DNA of 64,000 nucleotides from an uncultured Candidatus Saccharibacteria bacterium (lineage in GTDB: Bacteria > Patescibacteriota > Minisyncoccia > Phycocordibacterales > Zambryskibacteraceae): contig CAZXQA010000002.1 in the NCBI GenBank assembly GCA_964642835.1, positions 11,875-75,874 on the forward strand, given 5' to 3'. This document shows, piece after piece, positions 1 through 9,591 of this stretch. Both the position numbers and the translations under genes were made by a program. The stretch's first letter is position 1, and each line of letters begins with the position of its first letter. The notes under the pieces were generated by a model that did no database searches, was not told the origin of the DNA, and saw nothing but the letters and a program-made list of their open reading frames with translations.

Positions 1-88
1 TTCGTGGCATATGCGTACGTGTTAACAAAGGATAATCCTTTGCATTGTAGGGGAAAGGAGGTAAAGAAAAATTAAAGATTTAAGCGCA

Positions 89-116
89 CAAAAAGCCCCC
101 TTGCGGGGGCTTTTTG
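89..116. terminator. Rho-independent terminator, bidirectional hairpin (GCCCCC-ttgc-GGGGGC flanked by A-run and T-run)
   Basis: Perfect GC hairpin with flanking A/T runs, immediately downstream of the stop of the minus-strand gene 164..2062. Confidence 0.7.
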
Positions 117-163
117 TTGGTCTTCGCTAGCTTACGCTAGTTCTGAACCCTTTAGTAGTCAGA

Positions 164-2062
164 CTACGGGAGGGTAACAGTCGAAGTCCTCCATTCAGTC
201 CTGCCAGCCATGAAGGTGGAAGACGAGGAGTCATTACCAGTCCTAGACCACGTGATCGACTGGAGGCCGACAGCGTAGGTGTTGGTCGAAACCAATGCAC
301 CTGCAGTCGTGCGGCCTTCGAAGATGAAGTGAGCCGGGAGATCGATCGAAGCACCTTCCTGGAGCTTGAACTGGTTTGCACCAGTCATGCCTGCAGTGAC
401 AACGCCAGCACCAGAGGACGGAACGTCGTAGGAAGTGGACGAAGCTACGAGGAGCGTCGTTGCAGAACCACCGACGTAGGTCTGGAAGCCGAAGGTCGAG
501 GAAGCAGACTGCGAACCGAAGTAGAGGTCACCACCAACGGCCGTAATGCGGACTACGAAGTCAGCAGAAACAGTCGAAGTAGAGGTGTTGTTCTGGTTCG
601 AGGTAGCAGACTTGCTGATCGACTTGGAAACGAGCGTGAACTGAGGACCAACCTTGCGGACGGTCAAAGTGTTGCCCGAAACCGAACCACTGACACTTGC
701 GGCATCACCTTCAGAGTTCTCAGCAGTGATGGACACAGCGGAGATCGAGAAGGTAGTTGCGGAGGTAGCAGCATCGCGGACATCAACCTTGAGGGTGATG
801 GTCTTGGTGCTGTTCTCATCAATGGTGTAATCGATGTCATCGAAGACAGCCGAAGTACCAGAAACACTGGCGCTACCGATCTGAGTGCTACCTACGAAGA
901 GGTAAGCAGTCGTGGTCGTAGCAGAACCGGAGTTGCTGATAGTTGCGGTAACGTCAGTGATGGTTACATCGTCGTCTTCAGCCTTAGCGTCGAAGGCAAC
1001 GAGAGTAAGACCATCGAGTTCATCTTCATCAGAACCGTTCGAAGCGATAACTTCGCCAGTGAGAGGAGAGGAACCGGAGACGGAAACCGTGAGGCTTGCA
1101 GACTCGGACGAAGCGGCCTTCGTTTCGAAGGTGCGAGCGTACGTAGCGTTAGCAGAGCTGTACTGGTTTACACCAGCGCCGTCAGTACCGCGGATACCGG
1201 AGTTCGGGATCGTGACAGTCCAGGTATCACCGTCCAACAACGTGGAGTCGATGCTGTCCTGAGCGTCAATTGCGATAGTAAGGGTCTTCTTCGTATCCTT
1301 GCGGATGACGTAGTTGAGACCAGTGATAGTGACGTAGTACTCACCGGAGGTCTCTTCTACGACAGTGTCGGAGTTGAGATCAACCGAAGCGAGAACAGTC
1401 GAGCCATCCATGACGTACATTCTGTCCGCGATGTCGCGGTAGAACTTCTTGTCGCTGGTTCCGCCAGTCGTCTGATCGAGCTTGATCTTAACGCGCTCAA
1501 TCTTGATGTCGGAGAGCTTAGCCTCGAGTTCAACACCGAGGACAGCCTTCTTCATGTCACCTTCGCGAACGGTCGTGGACGAGCCAGGGACCGGAGCGAG
1601 AGTGGCAGTAAGAGTACCTTCAACACCTGGGGTGCTGATGCCGGTGGTAGAACCAACGGTGGTGCCCGGAACGGTGGTCGTCGCAGAAGTGTTGAGCTTA
1701 GCGCGAGACATCGGACCGAAGAAACCGGTCGAAGGGAGACCAACAGCGGCCTGCCACTTCATAACTGCGGACTTAGTAAGAGCACCGAAGTAACCCATCG
1801 ATACGCCAGCAGGCATGGTCAGATGGCCCTGGGAGACGAGGAGCTGCTGAAGAGCAGACACCTGTGCGCCAGTGGAACCAATCGTGAGGTCCATGGTGAA
1901 GGTCGTGCCGGTCGACACAGAGCTGCCCTGGAGGGAAGCGAGCTGTGACATAAGTGCATTGATCTGAGCCTGGAGTTCGGCAACAGTCACGGCGCTAGCC
2001 GGAGCGGCTGCACCGAGAACGAGTGCCAAGCTGAGGCCGATCGTTGCGAATTTTGCTTTCAT
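164..2062 (-). CDS. Secreted cell-surface protein: signal peptide, peptidoglycan-binding-like domain, long Thr/Ser/Gly/Val-rich low-complexity region
   Basis: N-terminal MKAKFATIGLSLALVLGAAAPASA signal. A PG_binding_1-like segment (TGAQVSALQQLLVSQGHL...KSAVMKWQAAVGLPSTG). About 450 aa of T/S-rich repeats. Confidence 0.6.
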   Translation of the reverse strand: MKAKFATIGLSLALVLGAAAPASAVTVAELQAQINALMSQLASLQGSSVSTGTTFTMDLTIGSTGAQVSALQQLLVSQGHLTMPAGVSMGYFGALTKSAVMKWQAAVGLPSTGFFGPMSRAKLNTSATTTVPGTTVGSTTGISTPGVEGTLTATLAPVPGSSTTVREGDMKKAVLGVELEAKLSDIKIERVKIKLDQTTGGTSDKKFYRDIADRMYVMDGSTVLASVDLNSDTVVEETSGEYYVTITGLNYVIRKDTKKTLTIAIDAQDSIDSTLLDGDTWTVTIPNSGIRGTDGAGVNQYSSANATYARTFETKAASSESASLTVSVSGSSPLTGEVIASNGSDEDELDGLTLVAFDAKAEDDDVTITDVTATISNSGSATTTTAYLFVGSTQIGSASVSGTSAVFDDIDYTIDENSTKTITLKVDVRDAATSATTFSISAVSITAENSEGDAASVSGSVSGNTLTVRKVGPQFTLVSKSISKSATSNQNNTSTSTVSADFVVRITAVGGDLYFGSQSASSTFGFQTYVGGSATTLLVASSTSYDVPSSGAGVVTAGMTGANQFKLQEGASIDLPAHFIFEGRTTAGALVSTNTYAVGLQSITWSRTGNDSSSSTFMAGRTEWRTSTVTLP

Positions 2063-2289
2063 TTTTGTAATTGTTTTTCTAATGCGTTTACGCCTTCCGA
2101 ATTAGTTTCTAAATGCGTTGGAAGACGGAAACGTCTACTAATTTGCCGGGAACGGTTGTGCCTTTCACGGCAAGAACTGCTAATTTTATGCACACCCTTA
2201 GATTATAAGGGCGAAGCCTGCCACGTGCTAAAAGCACTGTGGATAACCGCCATATTACGCCTTTTTAGCCATTTTTGCAAGCTAAACTG

Positions 2290-3000
2290 TTAGTGAGTGT
2301 CGGCCTGAGCGAGGGTATACCTCGTCCAGCGTTTCTCCCCCATTTTCTTAAGGATACCAGCGGTGACCATTTCTGAGAGTTCTCTCTGGATTGTCTTTTC
2401 GCTGCAACCGCTGATAAGAGGAGAGACGTCCTTTATCATGATTTCTTTCTTACGTTTCAAAAGGCCAATAATGACGCTTTGACGGCTATTTTTCTTGACC
2501 GATACAGCTCCGAATTCCTTGAGGGTCTGCAGACGTTCCACGGGAACTTTGGCCTTTATATCTTCAACGGAAGGCAACATGTCCTTTACCGCTTCAGACT
2601 TTGACTCTTCCGGCTGTGAGTGAATTACGGGCTCGGCTGCTTTTTGGATTGGAGCAGAAACAGGAGTTGGGGCCGCGGAAACAGGTGCCGACGCCATGGG
2701 AAGAGCGACAGTCGGAGTAGAGAGCATTGTCTGGACGTTACCTGCTTCAGCCGAAAGCTTGCCGAGCTCGTTGGCTAAAATGTCGTGATTAATTTCAGAG
2801 ACAAGCCCCGCGGCACGGGCTACACCGAAGAGCGAGACGATGTCTCGCGCGGCAGTGAGTTTATCCTTGGCTCCGTCCGAAACAAGGTCAGCGGAAAGGC
2901 CGCGGAGGCGCCATTTAAGAGGCTCTTCGTTGCCGAAAAAGCTCGTAATGAGGTAGATCGCGGAGGCAAGCTTCTGATATTTCTGTTCTGTATCGGACAT
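2290..3000 (-). CDS. Hypothetical DNA-binding protein with C-terminal winged-helix/HTH (DeoR-like)
   Basis: C-terminal segment EIMIKDVSPLISGCSEKTIQRELSEMVTAGILKK is HTH-like; the rest is unrecognised. Confidence 0.5.
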   Translation of the reverse strand: MSDTEQKYQKLASAIYLITSFFGNEEPLKWRLRGLSADLVSDGAKDKLTAARDIVSLFGVARAAGLVSEINHDILANELGKLSAEAGNVQTMLSTPTVALPMASAPVSAAPTPVSAPIQKAAEPVIHSQPEESKSEAVKDMLPSVEDIKAKVPVERLQTLKEFGAVSVKKNSRQSVIIGLLKRKKEIMIKDVSPLISGCSEKTIQRELSEMVTAGILKKMGEKRWTRYTLAQADTH

Positions 3001-3167
3001 ATTGTTTAACGGCCAATTTACTCGTTATTTTTACTGTCCTTTAATTCTACCATCTTTTGTCCTTTATTGCAAGTCCCGTCCATTATGTGCCTCAGAGACA
3101 GATCTTGCAAGAGCCTCTGTGGACAAAAAGACCCTGAGAGGCGTGTGGTAGAATATGAGAGCTCTAT

Positions 3168-5348
3168 ATGGCTAAGAAAAAGAAATCTTCTCGAGACGAC
3201 CAGGGCGCCTCGTCCATCCCCTCCTTACAACTCATCTCCCGTGAGACGCTTAACACTATTTTGGGCATCTTTTCTATCGTTGTCTCTGTCTTCTTCCTCC
3301 TCGCCGCCTTCGGCGCGGGTGGGCGCGCTGGCGCCTTCTCTTATGAGATCCTCGACTACCTTACTGGCGTCGGATACTACCTCCTCCCGGTGGTCTTCCT
3401 CTTAGTGGCCCTCTCTCTTCTCCATGAGCGCGAGCGCAAGTTCGCCCTCCCGCAACTCATCGGCTCTTCCCTCCTCTTCCTCTCAGGTCTCGGCCTCGTC
3501 AACCTTCTTTCCGCGAAGGGCGGCGTCGTAGGCGCTCTTATATCAGAGCCTTTGGTGAACCTTTTTGATGTCTACGTGAGCGCCCTCGCTCTTCTCGCCT
3601 TCTCGACGATTGCCGTTCTCGTCATCTTTGATATCCCTCTCAAACTTAACCTCGGCAAATTCTTCTCTAAAGAGAAGCCGGCGATGGGTCCTGATTCCGT
3701 AAAGGAGAACGCGGCCGTTGAAAAAGCCCTTGAGAAAGTCGCGGAAAAAGAACCCCGCGAGCGCGTGCCAGAGATTCGCGACATGAAGACGAAGAAAGAA
3801 GAGACCGAGCCCTCCTTCCGCCCCGTCTTTACCCGCAAATCCGGCAAGGTGTGGACGCCTCCTCCGATTTCTCTTTTGGAAAAGGATTCCGGCAAGCCAG
3901 GCGTCGGCGACATTAAAGCGAACGCGAACCTTATTAAGAGAACGCTTCAGAACTTCGGCATCGTCGTTGAAATGGATGAGATCTCGATTGGTCCTTCCGT
4001 CACTCGCTACGCCATGAAGCCGGCCGAGGGCGTGAAGCTCTCCAAGATCTTGGGCCTCCAGACAAACCTCGAGCTCGCTCTCGCCGCCCACCCCGTTCGC
4101 ATCGAAGCTCCCATCCCCGGCAAATCTCTCGTTGGTATTGAAGTGCCAAACACCGCAAAGACTACCATCGGCTTAGGTTCTCTCCTCACGGAAGCCACAT
4201 ACACGAACTCCGATAAGCCGCTCCTCGTTGCTGTCGGCAAGGACATTACCGGTGAATCTATCTTTGCCGACATCGCTAGGATGCCGCACCTCCTCGTCGC
4301 CGGCGCCACCGGATCCGGTAAGTCCGTCACCATCCACGCCTTTATCAATTCTCTTTTGTATAGAAATCCGCCAGAGAACCTCAAGTTCATCATGATCGAC
4401 CCCAAGCGCGTCGAACTCACTCTTTATAACGGTATCCCCCATCTCCTTACTCCCGCTATCACCGATCCTAAGAAAGCCATCATGGCCTTGAAGTGGCTCG
4501 GCAAAGAGATGGATCGCCGCTACGACGTACTCGAGAAAGCTTCTGTTCGCGACATTGGTTCGTATCACAAGACGATCTACTTCCCCGCTCTCGAGAAGGC
4601 CAAGGAGGGTGAGGAGCTCCCGTCCGCCATGCCTTACATTGTCGTCGTCATCGACGAGCTCGCTGACCTCATGCAGAGCTATCCGCGCGAACTCGAATCC
4701 TCAATCGTGCGCCTCGCCCAGATGTCACGCGCCGTAGGCATCCACCTCGTGATCGCCACCCAGCGTCCGTCGGTAAACGTCATCACCGGTCTTATCAAAG
4801 CGAACATTCCAAGCCGTCTCGCTCTCCAGGTCGTCTCTCAGATCGATTCACGCACCATCCTCGACGCTCCAGGCGCGGAAAAGCTCCTCGGCGCGGGCGA
4901 CATGCTCTACCAAGGTGGTGATATGGCGAAGCCTACTCGTATCCAGTCGGCCTATATTCGTGAAGCAGAGGCGAAGTCGGTTGTGAAGTATTTGAAGGAA
5001 GCCTACGCTGACGAGCTTCAGGATGAGATCAACTTCTCCGTTGAGAATACCTCAAACGCGATCTTCTCTTCGGGCATCGGGAGCGAGGGTGGCGACGGCG
5101 ATGATGACGATCTCTACGAGGAGGCTCGCAACACCGTCATGGAGGCTGGCAAGGCCTCGACCTCATTCCTCCAAAGGAAGCTCCGCATTGGGTATGCCCG
5201 CGCCGCCCGCCTCATGGATATGCTCGAGGAGCGCGGCGTGATCGGCCCTGGTTCTGGTGCCAAGCCTCGTGATGTGATCGGCGCTTCCCCGGCGGGCGGC
5301 GCGGATGCCGAGTTCGCTGAAGCGGCTGACGAGACATATGTCGGGTAG
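3168..5348 (+). CDS. ftsK: DNA translocase FtsK/SpoIIIE
   Basis: N-terminal TM segments, Walker A GATGSGKSV, and a C-terminal gamma/winged-helix domain (FLQRKLRIGYARAARLMDMLEERGVIG). Confidence 0.92.
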   Translation: MAKKKKSSRDDQGASSIPSLQLISRETLNTILGIFSIVVSVFFLLAAFGAGGRAGAFSYEILDYLTGVGYYLLPVVFLLVALSLLHERERKFALPQLIGSSLLFLSGLGLVNLLSAKGGVVGALISEPLVNLFDVYVSALALLAFSTIAVLVIFDIPLKLNLGKFFSKEKPAMGPDSVKENAAVEKALEKVAEKEPRERVPEIRDMKTKKEETEPSFRPVFTRKSGKVWTPPPISLLEKDSGKPGVGDIKANANLIKRTLQNFGIVVEMDEISIGPSVTRYAMKPAEGVKLSKILGLQTNLELALAAHPVRIEAPIPGKSLVGIEVPNTAKTTIGLGSLLTEATYTNSDKPLLVAVGKDITGESIFADIARMPHLLVAGATGSGKSVTIHAFINSLLYRNPPENLKFIMIDPKRVELTLYNGIPHLLTPAITDPKKAIMALKWLGKEMDRRYDVLEKASVRDIGSYHKTIYFPALEKAKEGEELPSAMPYIVVVIDELADLMQSYPRELESSIVRLAQMSRAVGIHLVIATQRPSVNVITGLIKANIPSRLALQVVSQIDSRTILDAPGAEKLLGAGDMLYQGGDMAKPTRIQSAYIREAEAKSVVKYLKEAYADELQDEINFSVENTSNAIFSSGIGSEGGDGDDDDLYEEARNTVMEAGKASTSFLQRKLRIGYARAARLMDMLEERGVIGPGSGAKPRDVIGASPAGGADAEFAEAADETYVG

Positions 5349-5682
5349 CCTCCATCCCCGGCACTGGCTCCTCATCATTCTAGGCATCCTCTTTGCGGGC
5401 TACTGCCTCTTCCAGGCCCGCTTCCTCGTCTTCGGACCAGGTATTACCATTGAGAGCCCCTTGGACGGGGCCGTGGCCACGAGCTCAAGCCTGACCATGG
5501 TCGGCCGAGCGAGAAACGCAGCTTGGATTTCCCTGAACGGTGCTCAGATCTTTACCGACGAGCGCGGACACTGGCAAGAGAAATTGATCCTCTCTCCGGG
5601 CACGAGTATAATGACGGTGCTCGTCCGTGACCGCTTTGGTCGCGAAGTCGAGAAACAGGTGCGTATTACGTTCACTAATTAA
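5338..5682 (+). CDS. Hypothetical membrane-anchored protein
   Basis: ORF with one N-terminal TM helix ([16 protein letters not shown]). It overlaps the ftsK stop by a few nt. No recognised domain. Confidence 0.5.
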   Translation: MSGSLHPRHWLLIILGILFAGYCLFQARFLVFGPGITIESPLDGAVATSSSLTMVGRARNAAWISLNGAQIFTDERGHWQEKLILSPGTSIMTVLVRDRFGREVEKQVRITFTN

Positions 5683-5690
5683 ACAGCCAT

Positions 5691-6719
5691 ATGCCTAAAG
5701 CGAAACCGCAAGAAGAAAAGTCAGAAACCCCGTCCGAGAAACGCACCGGCAATATCGAGAACACGCTCGACGCGATCCGCACCAAGTTCGGCGAAGACTC
5801 TATTATGAAATTGGGTGACAAGCCGAAGGTTGGCGTTGATGCCATCCCTACTGGCTCGATCGGCCTCGACTCCGCTCTCGGCGTCGGTGGTCTCCCCCGC
5901 GGTCGCATTATCGAAATTTTTGGTCCCGAATCATCCGGCAAAACTACCCTCTCTCTCCACGTGGTGGCCGAAGCTCAGAAGATGGGCGGCATCTGCGCCT
6001 TCATCGACGCCGAGCACGCCATGGACCCGGAGTATGCCAAGCGCTTGGGTGTAAAGATTGATGAGCTCCTCATCTCTCAGCCTGACACCGGCGAACAGGC
6101 TTTGGAAATTGTCGACTCTCTCGTGCGCTCCGGCAAGCTCGACGTCATCGTCATCGACTCCGTGGCCGCTCTCACCCCGAAGGACGAGATCGAGGGTGAT
6201 ATGGGCGCTCACCACGTCGGCAAGCAGGCTCGTCTCATGTCTCAAGCCCTCCGCAAGCTCACGGCGATCGTCGCGAAGACGAAGACCGTCGTCATCTTTA
6301 TTAACCAGATCCGCATGCAGATCGGCGTCATGTTTGGCAACCCTGAGACTACTCCGGGCGGCAAGGCGCTCAAGTTCTACACCTCCGTGCGTCTCGACAT
6401 CCGTCGTATCGCCCAGATTAAAAAGGGTGAAGAGGTCATGGGCGGCCGCACGCGCGTGAAGGTCGTGAAAAACAAGGTCGCTGCCCCATTCAAGCAAACC
6501 GAGTTCGATCTCATGTACAACGAGGGCATCTCCAAAGAGGGCGAAATGATTGCGCTCGGTGAGAAGTTTGGCTTCATTCAGAAAGCCGGTTCGACCTACA
6601 AGTACAACGGCGAGAAGCTCGCGGTCGGCTACGATGCCACCCGCACCTACCTCCGTGAGAACAAAAAGATCTCCGATGAGATCATGAAAGAAATCAGAAC
6701 GAAGTTGAAGGAAGTCTAA
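5691..6719 (+). CDS. recA: Recombinase RecA
   Basis: [10 protein letters not shown] Walker A and full-length similarity to RecA ([17 protein letters not shown]). About 20 aa basic N-terminal extension. Confidence 0.95.
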   Translation: MPKAKPQEEKSETPSEKRTGNIENTLDAIRTKFGEDSIMKLGDKPKVGVDAIPTGSIGLDSALGVGGLPRGRIIEIFGPESSGKTTLSLHVVAEAQKMGGICAFIDAEHAMDPEYAKRLGVKIDELLISQPDTGEQALEIVDSLVRSGKLDVIVIDSVAALTPKDEIEGDMGAHHVGKQARLMSQALRKLTAIVAKTKTVVIFINQIRMQIGVMFGNPETTPGGKALKFYTSVRLDIRRIAQIKKGEEVMGGRTRVKVVKNKVAAPFKQTEFDLMYNEGISKEGEMIALGEKFGFIQKAGSTYKYNGEKLAVGYDATRTYLRENKKISDEIMKEIRTKLKEV

Positions 6720-6758
6720 GCTTTGCCTTTAGCTCTATTCTGTGTAGAATAGCCGCCT

Positions 6759-7319
6759 ATGTTGGACTACAGCGAAGTTAAGGAACGCAAATACATCATC
6801 TACGAGAACGAGCCGTGGGAGGTGCTCTCTTCTCATGTCTTTAGAAAGCAGCAGCGCAAGCCCGTGAACGCCACGAAGTTGAAGAACCTCATGACGGGTC
6901 GCATCACCGAAGTCTCCTTCCACGTCTCCGACAAAGTCGAAGAAGCCGACATCGACAAGAAGGAGGTGAAGTATCTCTACGTGAACCGCGGGGAATACTG
7001 GTTCTGTGACGCCAAAGACCCCTCAGTGCGCTTCCAGATTGCCGAGGAGATGATTGGCTCCCCTGCCAAGTTCTTGAAGCCAAACATCGTCGTCGACGCC
7101 ATGCTCTTCGACGAAAAGATTATCGGCTTGAAGCTCCCGATCAAGATGGAACTCAAGGTAGTCGAGGCCCACGAAGCCACCAAGGGCAACACCGCTCAAG
7201 GTGCTACCAAGTCAGTTAAGCTCGAGACCGGCGCCGAGATCCAAGTCCCTATGTTTATCAAAGAGGGTGATATCGTCCGCATCAACACTGAGGAAGGCAT
7301 GTATACGGACCGCGTTTAA
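6759..7319 (+). CDS. efp: Elongation factor P
   Basis: Full-length EF-P similarity (KPVNATKLKNLMTGRI...VPMFIKEGDIVRINT). Confidence 0.92.
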   Translation: MLDYSEVKERKYIIYENEPWEVLSSHVFRKQQRKPVNATKLKNLMTGRITEVSFHVSDKVEEADIDKKEVKYLYVNRGEYWFCDAKDPSVRFQIAEEMIGSPAKFLKPNIVVDAMLFDEKIIGLKLPIKMELKVVEAHEATKGNTAQGATKSVKLETGAEIQVPMFIKEGDIVRINTEEGMYTDRV

Positions 7320-7337
7320 CGCGGGCGCAAATATTAT

Positions 7338-7646
7338 TTAACCGTTGGAGGAAGAGACTCGAGCGGAGTCTCTTTTTTTCGGCAACCACATGTCGCACGC
7401 GAGACCAATAAGAAAGCCGATCGCCGCCCAGTAGAGAAAGACAAAGAGCACTTCCTGACCATTGGGATCCGGCACGTGGCCGAAGATCCGATACATGGCG
7501 ATAAGCGGCAGGAACACAGGCGTGGCAAAGGAGTCTGCAAAACACGCCGCCCCTACCCCGACGGGACAGAAGGCCTTGAGAATGAAAATGAGGCCCACGA
7601 GCGCCGGGGCGAAAATCGTCGCTTGAACAGCATACGGAATACGCAT
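7338..7646 (-). CDS. Hypothetical small membrane protein
   Basis: ORF with 2-3 predicted TM helices. Its 3' end overlaps the efp terminator, so the exact extent is uncertain. Confidence 0.4.
   Translation of the reverse strand: MRIPYAVQATIFAPALVGLIFILKAFCPVGVGAACFADSFATPVFLPLIAMYRIFGHVPDPNGQEVLFVFLYWAAIGFLIGLACDMWLPKKRDSARVSSSNG
7353..7381 (+). terminator. Rho-independent terminator after efp
   Basis: AGAGACTC-gagcgg-AGTCTCT hairpin followed by TTTTTTT. Confidence 0.75.
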
Positions 7647-7685
7647 GCGCTTATTATATACGAGTTATCTGGATGTTACGCGATG

Positions 7686-7886
7686 TTAGCGCGAAACATA
7701 CGGGAGAAGTCCCATGAAGCGAGCGCGCTTGATGGCCATGGCAACCTGACGCTGGTTCTTGGAAGGCGCGGCAGAGCGACGGCGGGACTGAATGCGGGCG
7801 TGAGGGGTCAAGAAGAGCTTTAAGGTCTCCGTGTCCTTGTAATCCACATAGTCGACGTTATTTTCTTGGAAGTAATTCTTGGTCAT
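7686..7886 (-). CDS. rpsR: 30S ribosomal protein S18
   Basis: Sequence similarity to S18 (FLTPHARIQSRRRSAAPSKNQRQVAMAIKRARFMGLLPY). Sits in rpsF-ssb-rpsR synteny. Confidence 0.93.
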   Translation of the reverse strand: MTKNYFQENNVDYVDYKDTETLKLFLTPHARIQSRRRSAAPSKNQRQVAMAIKRARFMGLLPYVSR

Positions 7887-7910
7887 GTGAGCGGGGCTAT
7901 CTTACCTTAT

Positions 7911-8375
7911 TTAGAACGGAATGTCATCTATATTGATATTTTCTTCAGGATACTCAATCGTCTCACCCCCTGGCTCTTGAGGTTCAGGCGCTTGGGCTCC
8001 GGCCTTTGACGTCTGTGCCACCGGGCTCGCAGCGCTGGCCCCGCCAGTACTGCGAGGGCCGAACTGGATGCGGTCGGCGATGATTTCGGTGCGGTACTTC
8101 TTCTGACCAGAGGCATCATCCCAGGAGCGGGTCTGCATGCGGCCCTCAACGAGGAGGCTCGCCCCTTTGCGCAAGTACTGAGCGGTTGTTTCCGCCTGGC
8201 GGCCGAAGACAACGACGTTGTGGTAATCGGTCGATTCCTGCTTGGCTCCGTTCTTATCCTTCCAGACGCGGTTGGTAGCCAAGGAGAGAGAGGCTACCTG
8301 GATGCCGGAAGGCAACGAGCGAAGCTCCGGGTCACGGGTCAGGTTGCCAATAAGAATCGCTCGGTTGAAGTACAT
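7911..8375 (-). CDS. ssb: Single-stranded DNA-binding protein
   Basis: OB fold (NRAILIGNLTRDPELR), Gly/Ala-rich linker and a C-terminal DDIPF tail. Confidence 0.93.
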   Translation of the reverse strand: MYFNRAILIGNLTRDPELRSLPSGIQVASLSLATNRVWKDKNGAKQESTDYHNVVVFGRQAETTAQYLRKGASLLVEGRMQTRSWDDASGQKKYRTEIIADRIQFGPRSTGGASAASPVAQTSKAGAQAPEPQEPGGETIEYPEENINIDDIPF

Positions 8376-8379
8376 GCGG

Positions 8380-8811
8380 TTATTCTACCACGGCCTCTGT
8401 AGGGGTGCTCACAACCTCTTCAGCAGGAGCGGCAGCGGCCTCAAGAGCGGCCTGAGCCTTAGCGAAGGTGAAAGCGCTTTCGCGAGGAGCCTTCACGAGG
8501 AGAATGCGGACAATCTCATCCATGCGGCTGATCTCCTCCTTGAGAGCGGTCACGGCAGCAGGCTCAATCTCAAACTTCATCCAGCCCAAGTAGGCGTCAT
8601 TGACGACGTAGCGGGAAGCACCCACCACCTTGGTCATTTTGTAGGAAAGGTCGATTTTAACGGCAGATTCCCCGTCAAACTTAGTGCCTCCAGCGGCGGC
8701 CACAGCCTTTTCAAGCTTGGCTTCCACTGCTTCAACCGCGTCCTCGGCAATGCTCGGCAAAATAAGATAGCCGAGTTCGTAGACCTCTCTTTCTGATGTA
8801 TTCTCTGTCAT
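8380..8811 (-). CDS. rpsF: 30S ribosomal protein S6
   Basis: S6 similarity (YELGYLILPS...EISRMDEIVRILLVK); gene order rpsF-ssb-rpsR. Confidence 0.9.
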   Translation of the reverse strand: MTENTSEREVYELGYLILPSIAEDAVEAVEAKLEKAVAAAGGTKFDGESAVKIDLSYKMTKVVGASRYVVNDAYLGWMKFEIEPAAVTALKEEISRMDEIVRILLVKAPRESAFTFAKAQAALEAAAAPAEEVVSTPTEAVVE

Positions 8812-8820
8812 AAGTGCTCA

Positions 8821-9591
8821 CTACCCTACCATACGGAGGGCATTCTCGACAAGGGCTTTCCGAAGCGCCTCAGGGTCCTCGCCCCGCACCTCCGCCAGCC
8901 GCTTGTAGACCTCCTGCACATAGGCTGGCTCGTTCCGCTCACCACGATACGGCTTTGGCGCGACATACGGAGCATCTGTCTCCGCGTGGATCATGCCGAT
9001 GGGAGCGTTTTTGATCACCTCATCGTACTCCGAGGCGAATGTAATGACACCTGTAAATGAGGTCGAGAAACCAAGAGCCCAGAAGCGCTTCGCCTCCTCA
9101 AGCGTCCCCGCGAAGAAGTGAATATTGCCGCGGAGTTTGTCACCGTGAGTAACCTTCAACTCTTCAAGAAGCGCGATCTGCTCGGGATACGCGGCGCGGG
9201 AGTGGATCATAAGCGGCTTGCTATGACGGATGGCGAACTCAACCTGCGCGAGGAAGAGTTCTCGCTGGCGTTCGAAATCCGCCATCTTATTACCATGGAA
9301 AAAGTCGAGACCGCACTCCCCGATCGCCACCGTCTTCGGGTGACGGGCCAAGGCTTCAAAGTCCTCGGGATCAAATTTCCTCAACGGATTGTCGACCGGG
9401 TGCACGCCGACGCAGGCATAGATTTCCGGATACATCTCCGAGAGTTCGACGGCCCGTTTCGACGTCTCCAAATCAGTTCCGACCACAATCGTATGCGTTC
9501 CTGTTTCGCGCAAACGCGCGATCACGGCCTCAAAGTCCGCCTCGTACCCAGGCAGGTTAAGGTGCGAATGAATATCAAAATATTTAGGCAT
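8821..9591 (-). CDS. tatD: TatD-family metal-dependent hydrolase / DNase
   Basis: FDIHSHLN start and HxH..E..H..D TIM-barrel hydrolase motifs typical of TatD. Confidence 0.88.
   Translation of the reverse strand: MPKYFDIHSHLNLPGYEADFEAVIARLRETGTHTIVVGTDLETSKRAVELSEMYPEIYACVGVHPVDNPLRKFDPEDFEALARHPKTVAIGECGLDFFHGNKMADFERQRELFLAQVEFAIRHSKPLMIHSRAAYPEQIALLEELKVTHGDKLRGNIHFFAGTLEEAKRFWALGFSTSFTGVITFASEYDEVIKNAPIGMIHAETDAPYVAPKPYRGERNEPAYVQEVYKRLAEVRGEDPEALRKALVENALRMVG

Noticed and set aside
329-1948. Long plus-strand ORF (539 aa) antisense to the surface-protein gene
   Set aside because: Arg/Gly/Ser-rich translation typical of the antisense frame of a GC-rich Thr/Ser-coding gene. It fully overlaps a gene that has a signal peptide and a PG-binding domain.
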